A DNA stretch of 64,000 nt from Camelus dromedarius (Eukaryota): NCBI RefSeq assembly GCF_036321535.1, contig NC_087437.1, forward strand, positions 117,306,001-117,370,000, written 5' to 3'. The position numbers and the translations under genes are program-made. Under the pieces are notes generated by a model. It made no database searches and was not told the DNA's origin. It saw nothing but the letters and a program-made list of their open reading frames with translations. Shown here one piece after another: positions 39,560 through 53,018 of the stretch. Numbering within the stretch: position 1 is the stretch's first letter; the number at the start of each line of letters is the position of its first letter.

Positions 39560-39880
39560 TTAATTTTTTACTTTATTTATTGAGGTACAGTCAGTTTACA
39601 ATGTTGTGTCAATTTCTGGTGTATAGCTCAATACTTCGGTCATTCATGAATATACATATATCCTCATTTTCATATTCTTTTTCACCATAAGCTACTACAA
39701 GATATTGAATATATTTCCCTGTGCTATAGGGTATAAACTTGTTTATATATTTTATATATACCAGTCAGTATCTGCAAATCTTGAACTCCCAGTTTATCCC
39801 TTCCCACTCGCCTCCCCTCGACAAGCACAAGTCTGAATTCTCTGTCTGTGAGTCTGTTTCTGTTTTATATATAAATTCAT
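39560..39880 (-). mobile_element. Camelid-type L1 3' end
   Basis: tttattgaggtacagtcagtttacaatgttgtgtcaatttctggtg...tctgtgagtctgtttctg. Confidence 0.85.
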
Positions 39881-40138
39881 CCTTTCAAATTTTAAAGATA
39901 GTCTTGTCTATTTTGTTCTAAAAGCTTTCAAGTCCTGCTATTTATGTTTAGATTTTTGATCCTCCTTGGATTTATTTTTGATATGTAGTGAGCTAGGGAT
40001 TCAAATTTAGTTTTTCCTTATGAATAGTCAGCAGTCCCAGCTCATTCATTCACAGGCAGTCCTTTCCCTGGTGACGTGTGATACCATTTCTGTGCACAGA
40101 CGTGTGGATTTCTGGGCTATCTATTCTGTTTTATTGGT

Positions 40139-40490
40139 TGTCTTGACCTGCTCAGGCTGCCTTAGCAAAATGCTATGGACTGGGTGGTTTAAACCACAGA
40201 AATTAATTTTCTTACAGCTTCTGGAGGCTGGAAGTGGGAGAGCAGGGTGTCAGCAGGGCTGGGTTCTCATGAGATTTCTCTTGCTGGCTTGCGGATGGCA
40301 GCCTTCTGGCTGTGTCCTCATGTGAAAGAGTGAGGTCCTTCTCTCTTCCTATTCTTATAAGGCCATCATGTTGGGTTAGAACCCCATCCTTGATCTCACT
40401 TATCTTTAATTACCTCCCAAAAGCCCTGTGTTCAAATACAGTCACACTGGGCTTAGAGCTTTTTTGGGGGGGAAAATGCCATCCATAACT
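40139..40490 (-). mobile_element. MaLR solo LTR (MLT1A0-like)
   Basis: tgtcttg...ctgggtggtttaaaccacagaaatt...ctggaggctggaagt...ccataac; 5-bp TSD TTGGT on both sides. Confidence 0.85.
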
Positions 40491-43400
40491 TTGGTCTATT
40501 TCTCTATAGCTCACAAATACCTCACTAACTTCATTAGGTTAGACTTACACTAAGTCACAATATATTAAGCAAAATTTCCCACTTGGTTTATCTTTATAGC
40601 GTATTTAGTTATTTTAGGTCTTTTATTCCACATATGGATTTTAGGTTCATTTGTCCTAAGTTTAAAAATTTGTGGGTCAGTTTCTGAGACTTCTATTCTG
40701 TTTGTCATGGTTTTGTGGTTTGCCTTGTCTCTGTGCCAGTACCACAGTGCTTTCTTTGTATGTCTTGCTCAGATAGGGTAAGTTTCCCCTGCTTGTTCTG
40801 GATTCTTTAGCTGTGGGGAGAAGTGACAGCATAGTTATGACGTTGCATCTTCCATCTATACCTATGGTATGCCTACACATACTTCAAGTCTTTTTGTTAT
40901 GTTTGTTATTTATTGTATCGCTACTTGTTACATTGTTCATTGAGTGTCCCTTAATAACATTTTATAAGAGAGCAGTCTTGCACATCTTTAGTTAGATTTA
41001 GTCCTTGATACCTTTCTTATAGTTTCTGATGCCCTTGTGAGTGAGATTTTTGTTGATAATGTATGCTGCTTTGAAAACTCTTTATTTTGAAATAATTCTG
41101 GACTTACAGGAAAGTTGCAAAACTTGCACAGAGAGTTCCTATGTATCTTTTGTCCAGCTTCCCCCTTACATGGTTATGCAAGATATTAACATTAATAGTT
41201 CAGTTATTGAGATCTGGAAATTAACATTGACACTGTACTCTTAATTAATCTTCCGACATTTCAATTTTGCCATTTTCCTTGCTAATGTCATTTTTCTGTT
41301 CTGGGATCCCAGCCAAAATCCCGTATTGCATTTGGTTGGCATGCCTTCTTAACCATCTTCAATCTGTAATAGTCCCTTAGTCCTTTTTCATCTTTCATAA
41401 ACTTGACATTTTGGAAGAGTTCAGGGCAGTGACTTTGTAGCATGTTCCTCAGTTTGGATTTGCCTGACATTTTCTTAGGATTAGATTGAAGTTTCGTGTT
41501 TTTAATAATAATAACATAGAGGTTTGATAAATTTGATAAATTTTCTTATTGGTTATAATAATTTATATGTAGTCTTTATACCTGAGATTTTGGGGTGGTT
41601 TGTTAATGCGGCATAACCTAGACTATTGGGTTTGATACAGTATTTTCTGTAAATAATAGCTTAGTGTCTTTTCTTCTGATTCTTGTATCTCATTTCTTTT
41701 TCTGGTCTTATTGCATTGGCTAGGACCTTGAGTACAATATTTAATAAAAGCAGTGATAGTAGACATTCTTGTCTTGATCTTGACCTTAATGTGAATTCTC
41801 TCAAGTTTCACTACTAAGTATGACGTTCATGTTAGGAGTTTGATAAATACCCTTTTGTCAAATTAAGAAATTTCCCTCCTTTACTATGAATTAGTGTTGA
41901 ATTTTATTGATTGTATGTATTTTTGGTTGCATCCTTAAAGACAATCATGTATTTTTTCCTTCTTTTAATTTATTTATATAGTATATTACTAAAAATCTAA
42001 TATATTATTTAGGAACTTTCCTAATTATCTTTGAAGGAGATATTGATCATAATTTTCGTTTCCTTTACTTTCCGTATCTGAAGTTGAGATTTTTTCCCCC
42101 CTATTTCTCTGATGGAGCTTATACAAAAGAAGGATTTTTTTTGGGTTCCATTAAAATTTAGTAAAGTTTACCTCTGAGTCTTTTTGGATTTTGTCTTTCT
42201 TTTTGTCTAAGTCTTTCAGGGTGGGGTGAGGTAGAATTTTGATTACAGGTACAATATCTTTAATTGTTATTTATTGATTCAGGTTCTATTTCTTCTTCGA
42301 GTGAAAGTGCTGAAATTTATTACGTAAAGCTGTTCATAACATTCCATTATGATTTTTTAAATGTTTCTTTCTTTGTGGTTGTGACTTTTCCCATTTTCAG
42401 TCTGATTTATTTGTGCCCCCTTTCTCTTTTCTGGTTAAATATTTCTAGAACTTTACTTATTAGTGTTTCTAATAAACAGTTTTTGAATATGTAGATATCT
42501 TCTCTGTTTGTTTTATTCTGTATTTCATTCCTTGCTACTTATTTCCTCATTTCCCCTAGTTTTTGCCTTTTTAATGTTTATTGTCTTTTCTCTACCTTCT
42601 GGAATTATATGCTTAATTTATTTTATTTTTTATTTTTAAAATTTATTTTAAATCTTTCTTTTTCAACCTATAAATTTATTCCTAAGTGATTTTTAGTTGC
42701 ATTCCATGGATTTTCATAGTTTATTCTTTCATTGTTATTTGGTTTAAAATAGCCATTGTGAAGTCCTCTTTAAGCCATAAATTATTTCATGTATACACTG
42801 AAAGGTTTCAAAACATACATTTTTTTCCATTATGCTTTTGTGTAGATTTTTAGTTCCTATAAATGGTACAAGTACAATTAAAAAGAATGTTTATTGTTTA
42901 TTTCTCTATATAACTATTAAATGAAGTTTGTTTTCTTCATTAAATCATTATTATTACTGTCTGGTTTGCCTGTCATACTTTCTAAGAGGAATGTGTACAA
43001 ATACAATTTATCCTTGTAATACTGTCAGTTTTGGAGTTATATATTTTGAGACTATGTTGTGAAAGGCTTACAGGTTTAGCCAGGATCCGTCTTATAAGAT
43101 TAAATGGCGTACTGCTGTGTTGAGTTGCTGCTTTTGACTTGAATTCTCTACTGTGTCAAATAGCTGCGCTGGGCATCTCCCCCATCCCATCTCGCTGCCT
43201 GGTACTGCAGCTATCTGCCCCATCTCTTTTTGTACCTTTACTTTGGATGTGTTGTTTAGACCTACATATAGATGTGTTTCCCCCCAATCTAATAAATTCT
43301 GTTTTTGGATAAGTGCGTTTAATCCATTTATAATATGTATGATTTGTGAGGTTCTGGAATTTAATTCTATTATCTCATGTGTTTTTTCTTTACCAGCTTT

Positions 43401-46074
43401 TTTCCTTAGTTCTCTTTTCTTCATTTTTATACCTCCCATTGAATTGATAAAGTTGCCTATGTTTCCGTTTTTCTCCCTTTGCTGGTTTGCAAGCCACAGA
43501 CTGTACTTGCATTATTTTAGTGATTAGCTATAATTTTGAGTCATGCTTTTTTAACCATATGTAGTTTAAAGTTTTTCAGTCTTTCTATCATTTTCCCTTT
43601 CATGACAAGGACCTTAGTACACTTTTAATTATCAAACAACCTCTTTCTTTTATTTTGTAACTGTTTCTAGAGTTTGGCTTTAACTTTTTGAACACGAAAA
43701 ATTTGTTCTTTATATGAGACATAAATTGATTCAATCACATATTTGGTTAATTTCTATGCCATTGTGTTCTGTATCCCGTGACATAGGTCTGAGTTTGTAC
43801 ATCTTGCTGAAGCGTATCCATTAATAACTATTTTAGTGATGCTACATGGGTCATAAACTTTCTTACTATTTGTGTGTTTGAAAAATGCCTGCATGTTAGT
43901 TTAAGTATAAAACTCTAGATTGGCAATTATTTCCTTCCAGCATTTTGAAATTAAGACTCTGTTATTATATTATCAGTCATGAGAAATTTCTGTCAATCTA
44001 ATCATCAGGATTTTGTGGACACTTTGCCTTTCTCTCTGATAGCTTTTGAGACTTTCTCCCTATCCTCCTTGTTCTGCAGTTCCCCGTGATGTGCTGTGGT
44101 GCAGATTTATCTTTATTTATCATGCGGGGTACTTAGGGTGCAGTTTTGATTTGAGGACTTGTATCTTCAATTCTGGAAAAGTTTCAGCTCATGTTTCTTC
44201 TCTGCTATTCCCTCAGTTCTTTCCTTCTGGAACTCTTGCAAGATTGCGCCGACCCTCTCAGCTTCTCTGGAACATCTCCTCTGGTTTTCTGAGAAGTTCT
44301 GATTGTTGCTAGAGGTATCCCTGGGGGAAGATGCTGCTTCTCCTTGCAGTGGGGATCTCCCTTTCCCTGTGGAAAGCGAGAAGGCAAGTCTGGAGGCTTA
44401 ATCTCATTTTACTCTAGAGGACCGTTTCCCGCAGGTTTCGCACTTCCTCCTCTGTTCACTGTTCTACAGCCTGGCGAGGGAGGCAAGTAAGACTTTGATG
44501 AATTTCAGTTCCTGACCTTTTCTCATGTTCACCTCCCCGTTAAAGGTACACATAAAATTCTGGTGTTTTCAGCATTTTTCCCTGACCACTGCTTTCGAAG
44601 GTTATGCTGAGGGTTGTGTTCCTTCATTTGAGTGTTGCTTATATATTTTAGGCCCATTTGAACTTACTGTTTGCTTCATTTCAGTAGGTATAAAGTGCGG
44701 AAAGAAGTATCTCGCTGCCCTATCACGCAGTTAAGCAATAAGAGTTGCTAATATTATTCCACCCATCAGCAGTGGGTCAGAGTGGGTGTTCAAAGACTGC
44801 TTTGTATGCAGTCTGGCACCATACCAAGGTGATTGGAATCTTTGGAAAGACACAATGACCCATTATAATTGGACGTGAATTAAGGAATTGAGAAATTCGA
44901 ATGAGGCAAATAAATCGTAGAGAGATGGCTTTACTAAGGGGGAGGTGAGTACGGAAGGATGGTGTTTGACATTCCGTAGATACAGCCTGCCACAAATGCT
45001 CCACAGCTAACTCTCAGAGTTTTCTGGAGAACCCATACATAACTGAAACTGGATTTTTTGATACCCTTATTTGGCTTTCTCAAGAACAAAATGCCCAGAT
45101 GCCCTCTTCACTAGTTAGTAACCAAGCAAGTTATCCCCTGAAAAAGTACAAGGAAGATTCATTATTCCAAGACTGAAGTTTTTTCTCTCTATCCTCACTC
45201 TCTTATAGATATTGTTCTTGCTCCTGCTCTAAAAGTCAGTTTACCAGCTGACTCCTGTGTGAGAAAATCATTTATAAGAAAGATAACTAAACTGCAAGGA
45301 AAATACGCAGTGTTCTCTGAGCTGCTCTTTGACAGACCTACACCTGCCATTTTAGACACGGTGTTGCACTTAGGTCCATCATCGCACACGCACTTTTTCA
45401 GTGTCTTGTTTTGCTGACTTCTAACGTACTCTTACCACTTGCCTTCAACTGAAGCTCCGTCTTGGATCATCTGTACCGTGGCCGAGCATTCTGCACTTGC
45501 TGTTCCATCAGGTTAAGCAGAGGAGCTTTTTCAGGCCGGCAAAAATCTACAGCGCCCAACACCATGTGGGAGATTTGAATAGTTAGAGAAGAAGACTGCT
45601 GAGGTTGGAAAGGCATTTTTCACGTGGTTGGCTACTCAGATTCATAGGGCCTGGCGGCTCTCACTCTCGCTGACCCCAGTCAGTCAGTCTTTTCTTTATC
45701 TGTTTGATTTCTTCATTAGTCTGTGGGATACGTTTCTCACACACTGTTTGAAGATCAAAGAAACTTGGGCAACCCTACCTCTGAATCCTCTTTTGAGATT
45801 CACTCTGCATGTGAATTTTGTTAAGTTTCCAAAAAGTTTTGCAGTAAAGAAACCTGTTTAATTTTGTTCAATCTAGTGGTTCCCCAACTTGAAGTTCCAC
45901 CTCCCTCCCACCCCCCACCCCACTGCCCTCAAACACACCCAGGTTGGCATGATGTCTAGGGGTGCACAGTGTGGGAAAACCTGCCTTACTCTGTCAGAAA
46001 GGACTCTGTATTCCTTCTTACTCTGATTTTGGGCTTCTTTTCAATCTTTGATTCTTTCCTTTCTTTTTTATGAA

Positions 46075-46938
46075 TAGTTTTATTGGAGTATAATATCCAT
46101 AGCATATATTTTATCCATGGAGTTTACAATTCCACAACAGTTGGTACATTCACAGTGTTTTGCAACCATCCCCACTGTCCAGTTGCAGAACGTTTTCATC
46201 ACCCCAAAGGAAACACTGGAACCACTGTCAGTCACTTCTTCACATAGTCCCCACCTTCTGGCAACCACCATTCTGCCTTCTGTCTTTATGGATTTGACCA
46301 TTCCAGGGACCTCATATAAGTGGAATCACACAGTATTTGTCCTTGTGTGACTGGCTTATTTCACTCAGCATAATGTCTTCAAGTTTCATCCATGTTGTAG
46401 CGTGTGTCAGAATTTCTTTCCTTTTCAAGGCTGAATACTATTCCATTGTATGTATATGTTGTTTATCCATTCATCCATCAATGGAGACCTAGATTTCTTT
46501 CATGTTTTGGTTATTGTGAATAACCCTGTTATGAACGTGGGTGTTCAAATATTTGTTTCAGTCTCTGCTTTCATTTATTTTGGGTATATACTCAGAATTG
46601 GAATTACTGGATCATATGGTAATTTTATGTTTTGTTTTGTTTTGTTTTGTTTTAGAAATTGCTACCCTGTTTTTCACAGTGCTGCACCATTTTACATTCC
46701 CACCAGCAGTGCACAGGGTGGGGTCCAGTTTCTTTACATATTTGCCAAAACTTGTTAATTTTAAAGAAGATGTATTTGTTTTTGTAATAACCTTCCTGGT
46801 GAGTGCAAAGTAGTATCTCACTGTGGCTTTGATTTGCATTTCCCTAATGATTAGTGATGCTAAGCACTTTTTCATCAGTTTATTGGACGCCTGATATCTT
46901 CTGTGGAGAAATGTCTATTCAAGTCTTTTGCCCATTTT
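46075..46938 (-). mobile_element. L1MB-type 3' end
   Basis: gaacgttttcatcaccccaaag...tggcttatttcactcagcataatg; minus-strand ORF 46612..46875 reads [15 protein letters not shown]. Confidence 0.85.
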
Positions 46939-47167
46939 TTTTAACACTTTTTATTGATTTATAATCATTTTACAATGTTGTGTCAAATTCCAGTGTAGAG
47001 CACAATTTTTCAGTTATACATGAACATATATATATTCATTGTCACATTTTTTTCTCTGTGAGCTACCATAAGATCTTGTATCTATTTCCCTGTGCTATAC
47101 AGTATAATCTTGTTTATCTAGCCAACAATTTTGAAATCCCAGTCTATCTCTTCCCACCCCCTGCCCC
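46939..47167 (-). mobile_element. Young camelid L1 3' end nested in the older L1
   Basis: tttattgatttataatcattttacaatgttgtgtcaaattccagtgtagagcac; perfect 14-bp TSD cttttgcccatttt (46925-46938, 47168-47181). Confidence 0.9.
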
Positions 47168-47910
47168 CTTTTGCCCATTTTCAGATCAAGTTGTTTGTTT
47201 TTTTGTTGTTGTGGATGAGCCCCTGCTATTAACAGGTAAGATACTCTTACTGTCATGAATTTTATTTCTGGGAAAGATGTTTATTGGCATTTATTTCTTT
47301 TCTGCTTTTATCTCTCCATCATAGTTCCCCATCAGTTATCATGTTTTACTGTCCTAGTTTGTCCTGTCCTTAGGCTTGACCAGCAGATCTGTTCCTTCTC
47401 TCCCTTTTCCACACCCCATGTTTTGAATCTTTGTCTTTTAAACTGTTGGTTCTTTGTGTGGAAAGTTTTATTTAAGCCAACTTCTCCCTACCACCTTCTT
47501 TTTCTTCCTTAGGATTGTCATCTGCTGTCTGATTTTAGCCACAGTTCCTCCACTGAAGCTGCAATAGCTCTGGCTCCACATTTTTTTGTGCATTGATGAT
47601 GACTCCTTCCTTCTTTAGTCTCCTTTGGTCCCTGGAACACTTCTCAGTGATGCCGAGGTGGGGAGTGAGCAGTGGGGTTTAGGACTGTGGACCTCTGCCT
47701 GGCTGTAGATGCTAATTTTGACCATTAATTCACTCTAGGACCCCGGCTGGTGACTTCACTCTGTGGAATTCCCCTTGGTGAAGGAGGACATTAGTGCCCA
47801 CCTTGTAGGTGTGTGGCGAAGACTGAATGAGTAAGCACATGAAATGTGCTTAGCACAGTAGCTTGTACACGGGAAGTGTTATGGTCAGACTTACAGTTAC
47901 AGTTACGTTA

Positions 47911-48239
47911 CAGCTTGCCCTCTGTATCTGTGGGTTTTGCATCCTTGAATTCAACTGACCATGGAGAGAAGACATTTGGGGGGAGAAGTTACAGAAAATA
48001 TCAAAAAGCAAAACTTGGAGTTTACATAGCATTTACATTGTATTTACAACTATTGACATAGCACTTAAAGTGTGTTAAGTATTATAAGTTATCTAGAGAT
48101 GATTTAAAGTAAACCAGAGGATGTTCCCAGGTTATGTGCAAATACTATGCCATTTTATATAAGAGACTTGAGCATCCTTGGATTCTGGTAGTCACGGGGA
48201 TCCTGGACCCAATCCCTGGGGGACACCAAGGGACAACTC
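47911..48239 (-). mobile_element. MER2-like Tigger-derived MITE (TcMar)
   Basis: TA-flanked; cagcttgccctctgtatctgtggg ... tctagagatgatttaaagt ... gcaaatactatgccattttatataag ... gacaccaagggacaactc. Confidence 0.85.
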
Positions 48240-48769
48240 TAATCTGGCTTTTCTCATATGTGTCCAGTTGATCCCTTTCCACCTCCATTTGTCTTCCCAC
48301 CCAACTCTTGTTCTAAATTCTTTTCTTTGCTCTTCATTATTTTCTTCCTAGATATTGTCTTACTCTTGACATTTCAATGTCTGCCTTTATGCCTGCAGAT
48401 TTTAACCAGGTCAGCTCTCTACATTTTAGTAGGAAGCTTCTTGTAGCATGAAACCGTGCTGTATGGACATAGTTTTTGGAGGACATTTTGACTTTAGTCA
48501 GATCAGTCCATGTTGGCTGCACCCTCACCAGCTTATGCACAGCCATGTCAGTTCCATTTCAGACTTGGAAGAATCTGACCTTTCACTAATTTCTATGAAT
48601 TGCATTATCTTGAAGATGAAATTACAAGTGTCACCCTGCACAGTGGACCTAGCAGGGCCACACTAAGTGAGTATATCCTGAGCAGACGCAAGAAGGGATG
48701 GTAGGGCTTTACAGATCAAATGAACTAACGTCATGGGAGTCTTAGAATGATCTAGAATAATGCCTGAGA

Positions 48770-48990
48770 GCTTACTGGTTCCTGGATACTGTGAAGTACT
48801 GATCTGACTTTCACAAAAACCTTAGGAGGTAATCAGTATTATTTTCCATTTTACAAGTTTTCCATTTCTCATTTATAGAGAAACCTGAGTCTTAAGAAAG
48901 TAAATATGCTCAAGTCTCATAACCAGCAGGTGGCTGACTTAAGATTTGACTCAGTTCCCTTGGGTCCCAAACACAGAACTCTTAACATCT
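48770..48990 (-). mobile_element. MIR SINE (diverged)
   Basis: tcacaaaaaccttaggaggta...ttccattttaca...gctcaagtctcataaccagc...actcttaac. Confidence 0.55.
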
Positions 48991-50194
48991 AGATTGTCTT
49001 CTCTATGTTATCATTTCCCATTTTTCCATTTCTCATTTTGTTTTTTCCTGTCCCTTCTTCTATACTGGATACGCTAGAGCTTAGTCCATTTCAAAGAGAG
49101 ACTATATATGTACTTATTAATAATATCTTGTTTTAATGTTTAGATTAATTCAATCCTGCTTTTAGTTTTCTTATTCTTGCTCTTTTCTGTAATTTTTGTC
49201 TATTTTCTAAATTCTTTGAGAGCTTAGTCCTCTTCTTTCTTTTCTTTAATAATGGAAATACTTAAGGCTATGCATTGGCCTCTGAAAACAACTTTGAACA
49301 CATTCTAAAGAATCTTATCTAGTGTTCTTTTTTGTTTTGTTTTATTTTATAAGTGATCTGTTATTGTGCGTTTAATTTCCCCCCTTCCCTTATTTGTAAG
49401 TGGATGGGATTTTTGATGATCTTGTTAAACTTAATGTTAATCCGTGGCTTTCTTGCTCTATTGCCAGGACGATGGCCTGTTGTTTTCCTCTTGAGTCTAC
49501 ATACAGCGACCATATACAGTTGCTATTCAGGAGTACATGTAGTTATAATAATGGAAATGCTGGTTTAAAGTGAAAATGACTAAGAATTGAAAATGATGCT
49601 TATAACTCACTTATTTTAGTATACATTTGAGTTCTTGTTTCTCCAACTGGTATGTTTTGCTTCTTTTATTATTGAAATAAAAATACATATTCTCTGTAAA
49701 ATCCTTAGGGCACATTTCCAGCTTTGGTTTTTATAGGAAAATGGTCCCAGCCTGTTCTGTAACAACCAGCACTCAGTGCCAGAGACCAGTGAAAAAATGA
49801 AGGGGTGTCATTAAGTGGAACAGTAGGCCTTGCTAACAAACCCATCAATGTTCAACAATTTTAATGAGCTTTTAAAAAGTGTCATATTTTCACTGTGAAT
49901 CATTTCACATTAAAATCTGTGGCTTTCCTGCCAAAGTTATCTTTAATGAAATCTGTGTGATTTCACGCAGATTTGGAGTGAAGTGAATGTGAGTGAGCAG
50001 GAAGCAGAATCCATAAGAAACCCACGTGTCTGAGGGGAAATTTCCTGAGCATCTGGGCCTTAGTTCTGTTCACTCCCTCTGGCAACCTCAGCCCCATTCT
50101 CCCGACACCCCATGTCAGGAACTCATTCAGGACTTCTTGAGAATTGGTGACTTAGGTCAGTGAACTGTCTCTCTCACACATTTCTGGCTCCTTC

Positions 50195-50825
50195 TGCTGC
50201 AGGAAAATGAGGGGCATGAGAGGACAGTCATGTCCCAGGTCTTGGGAGAGTCCCTGGGATGTGCCTTGTCAAGTGAGGGTCCTTGGCTTCTCATAGGAAA
50301 GAATTTGAGAGTAAGTCATAGTAAAGTGAAAGCAAGTTTGTTTAGAGAGATACACATTCCAAAGACAGAGTGCGGGCTGTCTCAGGAGACAAGAGAGGCG
50401 GCCTCAGGGCATGGGGTCATCTCAGGAAGTGAGAACAGCTTAGAAGATACACGTTCCATGGGCAGAATGCAGGCCATCTCAAGTGGCAAGAGGCCTTGGG
50501 GTGCAGGGGTGATTAGTTTTATGAGCTTAGTACAGGTGGGAGGATTTTTCCAACTATTTTGGGCGTGGGACAGGGATTTCCCAGAACTGGTCCACTGCCC
50601 ACATTTTGATCTTTTATAGTCAGCCTCAGAACTGTCATGGAACCTGTGGGTGTGTCATTTAGCAGCTAATGTGTTACAGTGGGCATATAAGGAGACTCAA
50701 GGTCCACTGGAAGTCAAATCCTCCGCCATCTTGGGCTGAGCTGGTTCTAACCAGTTTATGTTGCATCCTCAATTGCTGAGTCATTCCTTCCATGCTTGTG
50801 ACCTACCTCCTCCCCTCCTGTCTCA
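50195..50825 (-). mobile_element. MER41-family ERV1 solo LTR
   Basis: Reverse complement begins tgagacagg, ends ...tcctgcagca, and contains MER41 hallmark blocks in order: ccaagatggcg; cattagctgctaaatgacacacccac...ccatgacagtt; cagttctgggaa; aaacttgctttcactttact; aattctttc...ccaaggaccctc. TSD not clear (cttc vs caac). Confidence 0.8.
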
Positions 50826-51407
50826 CAACCATCAGTGGATTCTGTGCTGGGTTTTCTGTGCAGTGAAAGGCACAGGAGGTGACTGGCATCTGACTAGGAG
50901 ATGATGTTTGTAGGTTAGTACTCTTTTTTTTTTTCCCATTTCAGGAAAAGTGGTTTCTGTAGATTCACTGAAAAGCTGTGGTTACCTAGAGGTGGCCAGA
51001 GGAGACAGGGCAGTCCCTGGGAGGTAAGAAGAGGCAGAAAAAAACAGAGGAAGGATGGGACACAGAGGAATGAAAATAACCCCCAGCTGTTTTCGAGTCT
51101 TGAATGTTGTAACCCTTTGTCTACTTTTTGGAAACAGTTCCTGCCTATAGAGCTTTCTTTAAACAGAAATAAGAATCTAGTGGGGAAAATGTTTGGAAAA
51201 CTTTGGAAAAACACTTTTCCTGTCAAAATATGCACAGAGAGAGGAGGAAGCATGTTCTGACAGATCTAAATGCAACGTTGCTTGTGGGCGGAATTCTGCC
51301 TAATACCGCTATTGTGTTTGCTGCTCAGCAAAGCTCGCACAAAGCCCGATGCAGATACTCAGATAATAACCACTTGAATAACTTTATTCATCTATTTACT
51401 TAGTAAG

Positions 51408-51834
51408 TGTATAGGTGTTCTAGGACTCACAGAACAAAGCACCACAGCGTGAATGGCCTGTCTCGCAGCTTTGGAGGCTGCAAGTCTGAGATCAAGGTGT
51501 CAGCAAGTTCTGAGGCTTTGAGGGAGAATCTGCTCCAGGCCCCTCCTCTAGCTGCATGATTTGATGACAAATTTTGATGTTCCTTGACTTGTAGAAGCAC
51601 CACCCCGTCTTCATCTTCATGTGGTGTTCTCCCTGTGTGCGTGGCGTGTCCAGATTTCCCCCTTTTATAAGGACACCAGTCATACTGGATTAAGGGCCCA
51701 TGCTATTCTGGTATGACCTCATCTTAACTAATTACATATGCAATGTCCCTATTTCTAAATAAGATCACATTGAGGTCCTGAGGGTTAGGACTTCAGCATT
51801 TGGATTTGAGGGGAACACAATTCCACCCATAACA
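51408..51834 (-). mobile_element. MaLR solo LTR (MLT1C-like)
   Basis: aagtctgagatcaaggtgtcagc...ttttataaggacaccagtcatactggattaagggccca...cacaattccacccataaca. Confidence 0.85.
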
Positions 51835-51859
51835 GGAAATATTTACTTATGCACCCAGT

Positions 51860-52450
51860 AAATGTTTAATGAGCATCTCTTATGTGAAAAGTACTTTATG
51901 AGGTATTGAGATTTAAGTAAATATGGATAAAATATTTCCTGTCCCAAGCCGCTTACAGCAGAGTAGGAGAGAGGCATATAAACATATAACTATAATCGGT
52001 GGTGGCATGGTAAAGGTACGTACAAGGGATTGTGGTGGATGGAAGGGGATGATTAAACCTACTTGTTGGAGGAGATGTCAGGGAAGCTTCACTGATGGGG
52101 CAAAGTTTGAGCTGGATCCAAAAGGATTAAAAAATCAGTCGGTAGACCATGGGCATTCTGGCCAGGGAGAGCAGCATGATGATCTGAAAGAAAATGATGC
52201 ACTCTGGGACTTTAAACCGTCTTGTGGCAGGAGTGTCTGGGCACTGTGGAAGTGATGGGCTGTCACTGGAAAGCTTTAAGTGTTGGAATGACACTCGTGG
52301 ACTCGTGGTTTTGAAAAATTCTGATTGACAGCACAGAGGCTGGAGTGGAGGTGGTTAAGTCTAAATTTGGGAGATAGAACAGTGGAAATGGGCACGAATC
52401 TGGTACTTGTGTCACTGAGTGGATCCTAATTTCCTTCAGCCTGAAGGGGG
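51860..52450 (-). mobile_element. L2 fragment
   Basis: aaatgtttaatgagcatctcttatgtg...gtcagggaagcttcactga...tttgagctgga...ggcattctggccaggga. Confidence 0.6.
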
Positions 52451-53018
52451 GAGTGAGGATGGTCCCTATTGCCTAACTCCAGATCCGAATGCCAAACCCT
52501 CCCTCATCAGTGCGTTCCTTGGTCAGGGGTCACGGTGTCTACATTTTGTCCAGAGCTTGGAGACAGGGATCTACTTCTGGCCAGGCCAAGGGATCTAGAA
52601 CCCAATGGGCAGAAGTAATGAGATTTTCTCTATTTCTACTAGAAAAAAAAAACTCATTTCCTAGTCATGTGTCATCAGTAGCATCCTCCCACTTTCTTAA
52701 AGACAATCAACAAGTAGTGACAAGCTGGAGGAAGCTATGTGATTACTGTATAGGAAAAAATGAGAGGCATAAGGAAATAGTCCACCACCTCGAGGTAGAA
52801 ATCACCCACTCGTTACAAGATCATCCGCCGTGAAGTCAGAATGTTTCACCACACCTCCTGCAAGGGGACTGAGGGCCTGAAATAACCCACGGGCCAAAGG
52901 ACATTCCAGCAGAAGAGAAACGATAGTGATTGCAGCGACCGCCGACAGCCTCAAGAGTAAGCCTGCCAGGGTGAGCGAGGGTGACGATGTGTGATTCAGC
53001 TTTTTTGCTTGTTTGTAG

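Larger units (their letters stand above)
39170..44330 (-). mobile_element. Long, fragmented old L1 (L1M-type) antisense block with nested younger insertions
   Basis: T-rich antisense L1 motifs throughout, e.g. cttattgcattggctaggacc...gatagtagacattcttgtcttg; a nested L1 3' end at ~41075-41520. Confidence 0.7.

Noticed and set aside
45336..45511. Possible extra 5'UTR exon (gacag|ACC ... CAG|gttaag)
   Set aside because: Weak splice signals and no independent support.
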